A model generated the notes under the pieces. It made no database searches and had not been told where the DNA came from. It worked only from the letters and a program-made list of their open reading frames with translations. A stretch of DNA of 64,000 nucleotides from an uncultured Gammaproteobacteria bacterium (GTDB taxonomy: Bacteria > Patescibacteriota > Microgenomatia > Levybacterales > UBA12049), in contig CAZERI010000002.1 in the NCBI GenBank assembly GCA_964515545.1, positions 57,612 to 121,611 of the forward strand, in the 5' to 3' direction. The position numbers were made by a program, and so were the translations under genes. Shown here one piece after another: positions 28,422 to 37,942 of the stretch (the first letter of the stretch is position 1; each line of letters opens with the position of its first letter).

Positions 28422-30140
28422 TTAGTTAGTAATGAGTGCTCGGCAGAAATTATTGATAGCTCTCCCTTCGACATTTAGGCTGGAAATACTTAGCGTCTGG
28501 AAAGGATTAAGCGTTACATTCCTACACAGCCTATCATTATAGATAGTATAGGCACTAGTCATCCCCGCTAGCTCCGAGATCCTCAGATTCCCGCTACCTT
28601 TGAGATAGCATCGTCCTTCCTGGACAATCGTGTCGGTTGATGGAGGAGTGACACCAGTGCACGAGACAAAACGGATATTCGGCAGCGTATAGTCATCCCG
28701 CGATCTCTTAGTCAGGTTAGTATTAATTTCATGGGCTGTATCTTTGGTATAGGACTGGCTGTAGAAAATATAATTTCTATACGAAATAGCAGGATCACTA
28801 GAGAGTATTGTGACGTGGGAGTATGAAGAGCTTTCTTTGATATACCTTGCAGCCACTCGTTCAGGGAAGTTAAATATACCAGCTTGCCTGGGTGCTTCAG
28901 TAAAATAGACTGAAAGAAAGTTAATCATAGAGAAAAAGTAAATCGCCCCAATACCAAGACCTACGTATATCCTGTACTTCTTTTTTACTTCTTCAAGAGT
29001 AAAGACTATTCCAAAACCGGTGATAAAAAGAAACATGGTAATAACAATGATGATATGAGGAGTAAAGTTACCAAATTCTTTTCCTCCATGGAGAATCTGG
29101 GGAAGCAGTCCGATCAAGATAAAAGAAGTGACTAAGAGGAGTACTTTTTTTTCTTTCCTATACAGCCCGATTATCCCAAGGAGTAAAAAGAGAGCATCGA
29201 TTACATAAAAGAGTCCATGTCTCTGCTGAGAGAAGAAGTAATCTCCAGTCATAAAAAGGTAAAGCGGTGAGAGAGTGGTAAATGTATTGACGATGAGGAT
29301 GTCTTTGTAGACAGTAAGCTTATTAATAAGCGGGAGGAGTGGTGAGGGGATAGACTGTGCTCTGAGACTATCTACCTGCTGAGTGATTATTTCATTGGTT
29401 GGTAGGAAGATTTCATTAAGCCGTGAGTTAGAAGGATCAGATCGTAGCTGGAAAAATAGCACAGCGACTATAAGAAGAGAAGCTAAGAAGACGATAAGAT
29501 ACTGGATAGCAAAACGCCTCTTCTGGACAAAAAAATACGAATAGATGATGCAGATAAGAACAAAAGGAATAAATATTAATTTAGTCCCGATGTAGGAATA
29601 AAAGGCAGCGTAGAGGATAGGAATACTTGTCAGTATCGTCCAGTTCTTAACTCGTAAGAAAAGAAACAATGCAAGGAGGAAAAAAAATACAGCAGCTGTC
29701 GGCTCATAAGCTGTCCTCCCAATAAAAATAGACCACGGATTAATCCCAGTTAAAAGAGCGATTACTAGGCCTTCTTTCTCGCCAAGCAGTTCTTTCCCGA
29801 CAAAGTACGCCACGATAACAGTACCGATACTTAAGAGAATATTTGGAAAAAGAGAAGTAAGAAATGATGCGCCAAAGAGAAAGAAAGACAGCATCTCCAA
29901 AAAATACGGCAGTTCTGCCTGAGGGAATTCGTGAGGCGGATATTTAAATAAGAATATATCAAGAGGTGAGATAGTGCCACTAGTATCTTTTCCTGTTAAG
30001 AGGAATGACTGGGAGTTGATCATGTAGTGGATCTGGTCATCATTACTTGAGACAGGGACACTGGTGATAAAGATAAGTCTAAGGAAAACAGTGAGGATAG
30101 TAATGAGGAGCAAATACTTATATCGTTTCAGCCATTTCAT
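28422..30140 (-). CDS. GT-C fold membrane glycosyltransferase, PMT/ArnT-like (GT39/GT83-type)
   Basis: About 12 TM helices in the N-terminal two thirds and a soluble C-terminal domain; first-loop motif ...SNDDQIHY...; 572 aa. Confidence 0.7.
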   Translation of the reverse strand: MKWLKRYKYLLLITILTVFLRLIFITSVPVSSNDDQIHYMINSQSFLLTGKDTSGTISPLDIFLFKYPPHEFPQAELPYFLEMLSFFLFGASFLTSLFPNILLSIGTVIVAYFVGKELLGEKEGLVIALLTGINPWSIFIGRTAYEPTAAVFFFLLALFLFLRVKNWTILTSIPILYAAFYSYIGTKLIFIPFVLICIIYSYFFVQKRRFAIQYLIVFLASLLIVAVLFFQLRSDPSNSRLNEIFLPTNEIITQQVDSLRAQSIPSPLLPLINKLTVYKDILIVNTFTTLSPLYLFMTGDYFFSQQRHGLFYVIDALFLLLGIIGLYRKEKKVLLLVTSFILIGLLPQILHGGKEFGNFTPHIIIVITMFLFITGFGIVFTLEEVKKKYRIYVGLGIGAIYFFSMINFLSVYFTEAPRQAGIFNFPERVAARYIKESSSYSHVTILSSDPAISYRNYIFYSQSYTKDTAHEINTNLTKRSRDDYTLPNIRFVSCTGVTPPSTDTIVQEGRCYLKGSGNLRISELAGMTSAYTIYNDRLCRNVTLNPFQTLSISSLNVEGRAINNFCRALITN

Positions 30141-30180
30141 ATCCGCATTTTTATACTAGAGTTTTTAGTCACAGATAGCA

Positions 30181-30789
30181 ATGAGCGGACTAATGTATAA
30201 TTCATACATGTTACCTGAGTATTTCGCCTATATCGGAGCGTTTGTTACAGCTAGTGGCGGGGTGAGTTATCTGGTCCAGACCATAAGAGGGAGAGTCCAG
30301 CCAAATCGTGTGACGTGGTTTTTATGGGCGCTGGCAGCATTCATCGCATTTTTCGCACAGATCAGTCAGGGGGTAGGCATTACGGCATTACTTACCTTTG
30401 TCGTCGGATTTCTCCCATTACTTATTTTTGCTGCCTCTTTTTTAAATAAAAAAGCATACTGGCAACTTACCCGTTTTGACTTCTTGTGCGGAGCTTTTTC
30501 TCTCCTTGGTCTTATTGCTTGGATCATCACCAAAGAAGGGAATATAGCTCTTACCTTCAGTATCATAGCTGATTTTTTGGCATCATTTCCTACTTTTGTT
30601 AAATCATATAAAGAACCTGCATCAGAAAGTGCCTCAGCGTATCTGCTAAATGCAGCAGGTGATGGGATATTATTACTGACTATTAAAAAATGGGACTTTG
30701 CGAATGCAGGATTTGCTGTCTATTTATTCCTTAACTGTTTGGTCCTTATCTTCCTTATTACATCAAAGATCGGGAAGAAAAAGAGCTGA
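30181..30789 (+). CDS. Hypothetical integral membrane protein (6 TM)
   Basis: Hydrophobicity pattern only. Confidence 0.45.
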   Translation: MSGLMYNSYMLPEYFAYIGAFVTASGGVSYLVQTIRGRVQPNRVTWFLWALAAFIAFFAQISQGVGITALLTFVVGFLPLLIFAASFLNKKAYWQLTRFDFLCGAFSLLGLIAWIITKEGNIALTFSIIADFLASFPTFVKSYKEPASESASAYLLNAAGDGILLLTIKKWDFANAGFAVYLFLNCLVLIFLITSKIGKKKS

Positions 30790-30813
30790 TTTATTAACCT
30801 TAAAATTTGTTTT

Positions 30814-30822
30814 TTGCTATAA
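30814..30822 (+). promoter_or_regulatory. Extended -10 TGCTATAAT 11 nt upstream of the YhhQ-like ATG
   Basis: The same TTTTTG(C/T)TATAATAGC motif recurs at 33351-33366. Confidence 0.35.
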
Positions 30823-30833
30823 TAGCCCAGCAT

Positions 30834-31481
30834 ATGTTTAAGATTCAGAAAACCGACCTCCTTATCTCTTTTTATATTGGATGTATTGCTATCTCAGAAC
30901 TTATGGGAGCAAAGACATTTCCTCTTTTTAAAGTAGGATCATTTAATCTCAGTGCTAGTGTAGCCATCTTCGTCGTTCCCCTTATTTATTGTATTAATGA
31001 CATGATTACGGAAGTCTATGGTAAAGAGAGAGCCAGAAGTATCGTCAGGAGTGGATTAGTAGTTATCCTTTTTTTCCTTCTTTTTTCTCTTCTAGCAACA
31101 CATCTCCCCCCAACATCCCGTTTTGCTGGTTCTGAAAAAGCATATGAGGCTGTCTTTAGTGTCTCAGCACGTATAGCAGCAAGCAGCCTGATTGCCTTTA
31201 CTATAGCTGAGTTTTTGGATGTTTTCATCTTTGCCAGGCTCCGTCAAAAATTCGGCAAGAAAGCACTCTGGCTTCGTACCAATATCTCAAATATCATCTC
31301 CCAATTTTTTGATACGACACTTTTTATGGTCTTAGCATTTTATGCTCTTAATAGACCATTTGGTGATAACTTCAGTTTTCTTATCGGGCTTATCATTCCA
31401 TACTGGATTATTAAATGTCTGATGTCTTTTATCGAGACACCTCTTGTCTATCTGGGGGTAAAATGGCTCAAGGACAAATAG
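30834..31481 (+). CDS. Queuosine-precursor transporter YhhQ-like (DUF165/VUT family)
   Basis: 6 TM helices; motifs ...IYCINDMITEVYGKERAR... and FLDVFIFARLRQKFG, typical of the YhhQ family. The track ORF starts at a non-ATG codon 27 nt upstream. Confidence 0.65.
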   Translation: MFKIQKTDLLISFYIGCIAISELMGAKTFPLFKVGSFNLSASVAIFVVPLIYCINDMITEVYGKERARSIVRSGLVVILFFLLFSLLATHLPPTSRFAGSEKAYEAVFSVSARIAASSLIAFTIAEFLDVFIFARLRQKFGKKALWLRTNISNIISQFFDTTLFMVLAFYALNRPFGDNFSFLIGLIIPYWIIKCLMSFIETPLVYLGVKWLKDK

Positions 31482-31560
31482 CTATTAGCGGATAGCGAAT
31501 GGCGTATAGTTAGAACGCAAAACCCTAAGACCTACGAACTAATTACAAAGAACTAATAAT

Positions 31561-32091
31561 ATGAAGGTTATTTTAGTAATGGTTGCGACCATTAATGGAA
31601 AGACAACGAAAGGTTCGACACAAGGAACTGCTAGCTGGGCATCTCCAGAAGACCAGGATTATTTTTTCAAAACGCTTCAGGACAATAACCTTCTTATTAT
31701 GGGCAGTAAGACATATGAGGTTGCCCGGCCTGAGATGAAGCTGAGTCCTGATAGATTGCGGGTAGTTCTTACGAAAAGACCTCAGGATTATCAGCATGAA
31801 GCATCCTCAGGACAGCTCGAATTCAGCTCAGACAGACCACGTGAGCTCCTGCAAAAACTTGAGGAGAAAGGCTATAGCCAGGCTATCCTTCTTGGCGGGG
31901 CGAGAACCAATACTGATTTTCTTAAAGAGAAATTAGTCGATGAAATCTGGTTGACATTAGAACCTAAAATTTTTGGGGAAGGAAACGATCTTTTATCCTC
32001 AATAGACCTAGATCTTGATTTAAAATTATTAGAGAGTGAGAAGCTCAATGATAACGGTACACTCCTTCTTAAGTATAAAGTACTTAATTAG
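31561..32091 (+). CDS. Dihydrofolate reductase-like protein (RibD C-terminal domain family)
   Basis: MKVILVMVATINGK...LLIMGSKTYE...ILLGGARTN; 176 aa. Confidence 0.65.
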   Translation: MKVILVMVATINGKTTKGSTQGTASWASPEDQDYFFKTLQDNNLLIMGSKTYEVARPEMKLSPDRLRVVLTKRPQDYQHEASSGQLEFSSDRPRELLQKLEEKGYSQAILLGGARTNTDFLKEKLVDEIWLTLEPKIFGEGNDLLSSIDLDLDLKLLESEKLNDNGTLLLKYKVLN

Positions 32092-33322
32092 TTCTCATTA
32101 CCTCATCAATCGTGGCATCATTAGATTGAATAGCTACTAATGGTGAGGGAGCATAGATTTGGACCGAATGACCTTTAGAAGCAGAAGCATTTGACGTAGA
32201 CCAGAAAAAAACTTTTTTCGTTTCGTCATCAATATCCGCAATGAGAGTACTGCCTTTTATCTGTCCCAGATATTTTAATTCAGCTGCTTGCCCGATTATT
32301 TCTCTATCAATTTGGTTTCTTAATGTCCTTGCTCCATATTTGCCGTTCATTGCGTCATAAATAAAGTGTCTTCTTAACTCTTCTGTCGTACTGATGATCA
32401 CAGCATTTTGTGTTTGACTATTGTTTATTTCACCTAAAAATTTGTCAAAAATTCGGTCATATTCGCTAGGTCCCAGATCCTTGAATACAACTGAGTTCGC
32501 TTCGCCGATTCTCCCCAAAAATTCAGGAATTCCTACAAAATGATTTCTGAGAGCTTTCATAGCAGCTTGTTTTATATCAGAAGTTTTAGAAGTGGAAGGC
32601 CCAAATCCTATTTCTCTTTTCCCGCTTTTCACATCTGTAATTGCATCTGCCCCAACATTTGAGGTCATTATCAAGTAAGCCTTGGTAAAATCTAGTGTTG
32701 TAGGTACAATTTCCTTCGTATCTTTTGCTCCATTAGCAGCTGGTTTGTCAGTAGGAAGGGGAACAGTTACTGATCCTTCCTCCATTACTGGCAGTAACCA
32801 GTTATAAAGGGAGCGATGAGCTTTTTCAATTTCATCAAAGACAATAACTCCTCCTTTTTCGAGAAAATCTGGCATAATTAATACCGGATCACCATATCCT
32901 ACATAGCTATTAGGACTTCCTTTAATTCTATTAATACTTGAACTATCTTGATAATCAGTACAGTCTACTCTTTTGAAATGATCTATCCAGTCATTAGGAT
33001 AGAGATGTCGGGTGAGAGCTTTAGCCATTTCTGTCTTACCTACGCCAGTGGGGCCAAGAAAAAAGAAAACACCCTTTGGACGATTTGGGCTAGTAAAGCC
33101 AGCCTCTGACCGCATAATTGATGAGGTGATCGCCTCAACTGCTTCCGGCTGTCCGAAGACATCGGCGTTCAAAGAATCTCTAATAGGATTCTCTGTATTA
33201 GGATCTATTTCTAAACGATTAAAGTTGCCTTCTATTAAATCTCTTCTAGGTATGGAAAGGGATTGAGACCCTTCAATAAATTGCATAGTTGGGAATATAG
33301 TACTGCTTGAGAAATTTTGCAA
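32084..33322 (-). CDS. Stand-alone AAA+ ATPase of the ClpA/ClpB D2 type
   Basis: GQPEAVEAITSSIMRSEAG...PKGVFFFLGPTGVGKTEMAKALT (sensor 1/2 context) ...GSPNSYVGYGD...VIVFDEIEKAH...LIMTSN, a near-canonical ClpB D2 module. 412 aa with no N-domain and no D1. Confidence 0.7.
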   Translation of the reverse strand: MQNFSSSTIFPTMQFIEGSQSLSIPRRDLIEGNFNRLEIDPNTENPIRDSLNADVFGQPEAVEAITSSIMRSEAGFTSPNRPKGVFFFLGPTGVGKTEMAKALTRHLYPNDWIDHFKRVDCTDYQDSSSINRIKGSPNSYVGYGDPVLIMPDFLEKGGVIVFDEIEKAHRSLYNWLLPVMEEGSVTVPLPTDKPAANGAKDTKEIVPTTLDFTKAYLIMTSNVGADAITDVKSGKREIGFGPSTSKTSDIKQAAMKALRNHFVGIPEFLGRIGEANSVVFKDLGPSEYDRIFDKFLGEINNSQTQNAVIISTTEELRRHFIYDAMNGKYGARTLRNQIDREIIGQAAELKYLGQIKGSTLIADIDDETKKVFFWSTSNASASKGHSVQIYAPSPLVAIQSNDATIDEVMRTN

Positions 33323-33354
33323 GAGGAATTTTTATCAAATAGCAAAAATCTTTT

Positions 33355-33363
33355 TGTTATAAT
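33355..33363 (+). promoter_or_regulatory. Extended -10 TGTTATAAT 6 nt upstream of the nadE ATG (leaderless-type)
   Basis: Read directly; no SD. Confidence 0.35.
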
Positions 33364-33369
33364 AGCGTC

Positions 33370-34137
33370 ATGAAATCAATTAATCCTTCAAAGAAAGCAG
33401 GCCAGTTAGTCAGTTTTATTAAAAAATCCTGCGAAAAAGAAAAAATAGATGATGTTCTTATCGGAGTATCAGGAGGTGTAGATTCTGCTACCAGTTTGAC
33501 ACTGGCTGTAAAAGCACTGGGGCGTACGCATGTCCATCCGGTATTACTTCCTTATGGGACACTCAATGATCAAGGGACTAATGATGCATGGTTGATTATT
33601 AATAATCTGAAGATCCCTAAAAAACAAGTTCAAGTTGTTGATATCAAGCCATTTTCAGATACTGTGATCAAGTCAGACCCAGCAATGGATGAAGGAAGAA
33701 AGGGGAATATCATGGCACGTATGCGGATGGTAGTGCTTTTTGATCTTGCCAAGAAATATAATTTCCTTGTTATTGGAACTGAGAATAAGACTGAGCATCT
33801 GCTTGGGTACTATACACGTTTTGGCGATGAAGCGAGTGATATCGAACCGCTAAGAGACCTCTATAAATTCCAAGTTTATGAGTTGGCAAGATATCTTAAA
33901 GTTCCCAAAGAAATTATTCATAAAAGTCCGACAGCTGGACTCTGGGAGGGGCAGACTGATGAAGGAGAGTTTGGTTTTTCTTATAAAGAGGCAGATGAAA
34001 TTCTTTATCTCCACACAGAAAAAAAACTACCAAAGAGAGAAGTTGTTGCCAAAGGATTTGCTAAAGATCTAGTTGAAAGAGTCTGGTGGTGGATTGAGAA
34101 AGGATCCTTTAAAGACCGCGTACCTTATACGTCTTAG
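33370..34137 (+). CDS. nadE: NH3-dependent NAD+ synthetase
   Basis: PP-loop GVSGGVDSA; 255 aa, the NadE size class. Confidence 0.85.
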   Translation: MKSINPSKKAGQLVSFIKKSCEKEKIDDVLIGVSGGVDSATSLTLAVKALGRTHVHPVLLPYGTLNDQGTNDAWLIINNLKIPKKQVQVVDIKPFSDTVIKSDPAMDEGRKGNIMARMRMVVLFDLAKKYNFLVIGTENKTEHLLGYYTRFGDEASDIEPLRDLYKFQVYELARYLKVPKEIIHKSPTAGLWEGQTDEGEFGFSYKEADEILYLHTEKKLPKREVVAKGFAKDLVERVWWWIEKGSFKDRVPYTS

Positions 34138-34141
34138 ATCT

Positions 34142-35872
34142 CTATCTTTCATCTTGGGGTTTTGTTGACACAAAAATATAGGCAATGTCGGTGGTTGTAT
34201 AGGGGACAATTTGTCTATCAAAAAAGATTGATACGGGGCGAGTAGGATAAAAAAAGATATTTATGGTTCTGCTCTCTATCTGCACGTCGTTTTTTCCTGT
34301 TATAAATAAAGTATTTTTATCTTCTAGGTCCTTTGACCAGTCCACTTTTCTAAACTCATACTTTCCAACTTTATCCACTCCATTTACTAGGCCGTGTAGA
34401 GAGTAGACAGCATGAGTCTGGTGGAAGGTGGGATCTATTTTTCCATAGAAAAGAAGAGACGTGTAGTAAAATCCGCTTGAGGTATCAAAGACAATTTTGT
34501 CATACTTTTTTTCAAGACTTTGAATATATTGGACTGCCTTTTCATCCTCAGACCTCCAGTCCTGTGCCAGCTCTATAGGGAAGCGGACAAAGTAGGATAG
34601 CAGATAAAACATAATAGAGTAGAGTATTATTCCTCCAGAAAAAATAAAGACAAGATTTCTGATTACTCTTCGTCTTACTCCATAGAGGAGTTTAATTGCA
34701 GAGTACATTCCGTATCCTGCAAAGACAGTAAAAGGGATTACCACTGCATAAGTACGTGTACCATTAGGAACAGATTTTATGATGGAACCGACAAAATACA
34801 TTACTAAAAACCAGAGGACAAAAGGATAAAGACTCTTTACTCGATTTTTAATTATTTGATATGCGCCATAGATAATAAATGGAAGATCGAAATAATAAAA
34901 CATACCTAATCCTCCAGCAATATTTTCATTTGGTCTATCAGCGCCAACGATGAAGAAAAAACTGCTTGAGAAAAATGAGACAAGATTTTTAAGATATGCA
35001 AACGCTACTAAAAATACATAATTAAACATAAATTTTTGGATAAGAAGGGGAAGGGAAGTGAAGTAGCTCCTCGTTAAGATGTAATCTGTCCTGGCAACTT
35101 TTCCGATAAGGAGTGCATCATCATGGGCAGCAAATCCTGGCTGTGACTGCAATGCAAAAAATGTTATGACAAATGGCAATAGCCCTACTCCAAAAAGGAG
35201 AAGAAGAGAAAAAGATTTTTTAAGAGAGTATTTTTTAAGATCTTTATAATAGTAAAGACAAAGCCCCGCAAAAATAATAGGTGAGATGAGACGAGTAACA
35301 TTGTAGGTATAGACTGCTAGTAAAAAAGAGACGATAGAAAGAATAAAAAATAAATATTTTTTGGGCCTCTGGATTGCTAAGACAAAGAATAATACCCCAA
35401 AGAGCATGAGCGCTGTTGCGACATTTACTTCATATCCTGCTCGTGAGAAAAAAAGATGCCAGGGATTATATGCGAGACTTACTGCTACGAGTAGTGCCAG
35501 CCATTTTTTCTTGGTGAGGAGATAAATAAGGGCAAAAAGAGCCACCAGAGATAATGAACCCATGAGAGCTGATGGAAAGCGTACTGCAAAAGCATTTACT
35601 CCAAAAATCTTTTCTGTAAGGGAAGTGGCATAGACGTAGACAGGGAGTTTGTAATCATCAAACGATCTGAAATAAAGAGGCATTTTGACGCCATATTCAT
35701 CTTTTCCACTCATAAGGATAGAATATGCGTTGTAGCCAAGGGCTGTCTCATCAGGATAAAGTCCATTGGGGACTGAGGATAAGTGGTAGAAACGTAGAAA
35801 AAATCCAGAGATAAAGACAAGTGCTGCTAGAAAGACAAAAGAATATTTTTTGAGAAATTTCATCTTTTCCAC
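34142..35872 (-). CDS. GT-C fold membrane glycosyltransferase, PMT/ArnT-like
   Basis: YHLSSVPNGLYPDETALGYNAYSIL first-loop (DE) motif, more than 11 TM helices, C-terminal soluble domain; 576 aa. Confidence 0.7.
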   Translation of the reverse strand: MEKMKFLKKYSFVFLAALVFISGFFLRFYHLSSVPNGLYPDETALGYNAYSILMSGKDEYGVKMPLYFRSFDDYKLPVYVYATSLTEKIFGVNAFAVRFPSALMGSLSLVALFALIYLLTKKKWLALLVAVSLAYNPWHLFFSRAGYEVNVATALMLFGVLFFVLAIQRPKKYLFFILSIVSFLLAVYTYNVTRLISPIIFAGLCLYYYKDLKKYSLKKSFSLLLLFGVGLLPFVITFFALQSQPGFAAHDDALLIGKVARTDYILTRSYFTSLPLLIQKFMFNYVFLVAFAYLKNLVSFFSSSFFFIVGADRPNENIAGGLGMFYYFDLPFIIYGAYQIIKNRVKSLYPFVLWFLVMYFVGSIIKSVPNGTRTYAVVIPFTVFAGYGMYSAIKLLYGVRRRVIRNLVFIFSGGIILYSIMFYLLSYFVRFPIELAQDWRSEDEKAVQYIQSLEKKYDKIVFDTSSGFYYTSLLFYGKIDPTFHQTHAVYSLHGLVNGVDKVGKYEFRKVDWSKDLEDKNTLFITGKNDVQIESRTINIFFYPTRPVSIFFDRQIVPYTTTDIAYIFVSTKPQDER

Positions 35873-35886
35873 TCATTATGCCAGAG

Positions 35887-37437
35887 CTAATTAATCTCAG
35901 CAAGAGATTGTCTTTTCTGGACTACGAAGTTACCAAAATGCTTTTCTTCAAGTATTTTTGATCTGGCATTCTCCTCATCAATTGCTGCTTTGACAAAGTA
36001 GTCAGGAATGCCGGTGGTGGGCTCGATGATGAGATAGTGGAACTCTGGAGGATTATGAGAGGTGGGAAGCTCTCCTAAGTTACCAGTCTGATCTTTACCA
36101 TCCCAGTAAGGAACAAAGCCGTATCTTCTCTGTCCATAGAAATTATACAGATATGCCCAGGTCGTATTAATAAAAAGCGGTTCAGTAACTGTATTGATGC
36201 TAAAGGGCTTTTGATGAGAGGAAGTATAAGTATATTCAAGTATTTTTTGTTCCTCTGTGAGAGTAATTCCCCTCTGGACTGTCAGCGGATTTACTATGTC
36301 TCTTATCCAGGTAAGATTAAGCCATACCTGCGTTATGATGATGCCGAGAATGCCTATGACTAGGAGATATTTTGACGTGATAACTTTAGTGAGAGCGTAG
36401 GAAAAGAGGATAACTACCACAACGAGGGAGGGATAAAAGACAAAAAGGCTTCGGGAGATGCCTGTATCAAAGAGACAAAAAATAAGGAGGTTGGTAAGCC
36501 AGATAACAAGAAAGAGGAGAGGTTTGGTATCAGATTTTGCTCTTTTTCTCAGTGCTAAAAGGAGGAGAAGAGCAAAAAGAACAAGAGGTAAGAGAACAGG
36601 AAGAGACAGCACACTGACAGTAAGAAGCTCATTTACCTTCGCTATCATTGTTTGGAAAGGAGTAAAGATAGACTGAGACGATGAGTGAGGAGAAAGGATA
36701 AAGTGAATGAGGCTTGTCGTTCCTTGGAAGTGATATTTAGCCTCACCGAGAATAATGGTAGAGGAAGTGAGGATAAGACCAAGAACAAAAAGAAAAATAT
36801 CTTTAATTCTGACTCTTATTTTAAAGACTAGAAAATATACAGGAAGAAAAATAAGTAGCAGGATAAAAGCGAGCTGAGACTGGATGACAAGTCCATACAT
36901 GACTCCTGTGAGCAAGGCATTCTTAGGGCTTTGCTGAGAAATATATCTCCAGAGGCAGAGAAGAAGAAAAGGCATACAGATAAGAGATAGTACAGGATTT
37001 GAGAGCCAGCGGGTGGAGAGCTGAAAAAGGGGAGAGAAAGCATAGAGTATGACTGCGATACCAGCTATCTTTCGGCTATGAAATAATTCTTTTGCCAAGA
37101 GATAGGTTATCGGGAGTGTTAGAAAAAATGCTAGAAGGAAAATAGATGCAGTAGGTAAGACTGCCTGGTGGAAAATCCCATAGAGAACTGCCAGGAGGTA
37201 ATACCAGAGTACGCCATGGTGGAGAAAGCGGATATCAGTACTTGGGCCAAGTATTTTGATGTCATGATGCTGCCAGATATTATATGCCTCATAGCCGTCT
37301 CGTGCCTGGTCGTAGTAGAAAAAAAGCTGGTGAGAAAAAGGGATGACAGAGAGGGTAAAAGCGATGAGAAGAGCAATGAATACAACTTTTTCGGGAGTCT
37401 TAGAAAAGTAATGGGTAAGTAAAGTAAGGTATTTCAT
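35887..37437 (-). CDS. Polytopic membrane protein, GT-C-like
   Basis: 516 aa, about 13 TM helices with an ArnT-like topology. Start overlaps the upstream stop (ATGA). Confidence 0.5.
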   Translation of the reverse strand: MKYLTLLTHYFSKTPEKVVFIALLIAFTLSVIPFSHQLFFYYDQARDGYEAYNIWQHHDIKILGPSTDIRFLHHGVLWYYLLAVLYGIFHQAVLPTASIFLLAFFLTLPITYLLAKELFHSRKIAGIAVILYAFSPLFQLSTRWLSNPVLSLICMPFLLLCLWRYISQQSPKNALLTGVMYGLVIQSQLAFILLLIFLPVYFLVFKIRVRIKDIFLFVLGLILTSSTIILGEAKYHFQGTTSLIHFILSPHSSSQSIFTPFQTMIAKVNELLTVSVLSLPVLLPLVLFALLLLLALRKRAKSDTKPLLFLVIWLTNLLIFCLFDTGISRSLFVFYPSLVVVVILFSYALTKVITSKYLLVIGILGIIITQVWLNLTWIRDIVNPLTVQRGITLTEEQKILEYTYTSSHQKPFSINTVTEPLFINTTWAYLYNFYGQRRYGFVPYWDGKDQTGNLGELPTSHNPPEFHYLIIEPTTGIPDYFVKAAIDEENARSKILEEKHFGNFVVQKRQSLAEIN

Positions 37438-37877
37438 CAGTTAAATACCCGCTGATCAGTAAGGACTTTAATTATCTTTCCTCGAGTTCCCAGGACTCTC
37501 CCAAACATTATTCCAGCCAGTATCGCAAAACCGATTGTTTCTACTTCAAAATTATGGGTAACGAAGCCTACGATTTTTCCCCTAAAAATCTCCAAAAGGA
37601 TATAGAGAGCTAAGATGATTATTCCATAAATATCCAGACGGCTGATGACTTTTTTAGCATTTTTATCCCATGAAATATGGTACATCCGTGATGCTACAAT
37701 TCCTATGATCACCCCGACAAGCAGGGCGATGATCCCTAGGTCCAGACGTAAAGCTCCCCGAAAGACATTATAGATAAGTAGGAGAAGTAAGATTCCTGAG
37801 ATGAGGAAATATATCCTTATCATCAAGCGGAGTCTTTTATCAATGTGCTTAACATGAGGACGAAGATCTTTGGGCAT
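37437..37877 (-). CDS. Small integral membrane protein (4 TM)
   Basis: Hydrophobicity only; sits in the operon between the YcnI-like and GT-C-like genes. Confidence 0.45.
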   Translation of the reverse strand: MPKDLRPHVKHIDKRLRLMIRIYFLISGILLLLLIYNVFRGALRLDLGIIALLVGVIIGIVASRMYHISWDKNAKKVISRLDIYGIIILALYILLEIFRGKIVGFVTHNFEVETIGFAILAGIMFGRVLGTRGKIIKVLTDQRVFN

Positions 37878-37942
37878 AATCTTACTATATCAGATTATAA
37901 GAATGCGGGCAGAGATATATCCTGCCCGCATTCTTTATACGG

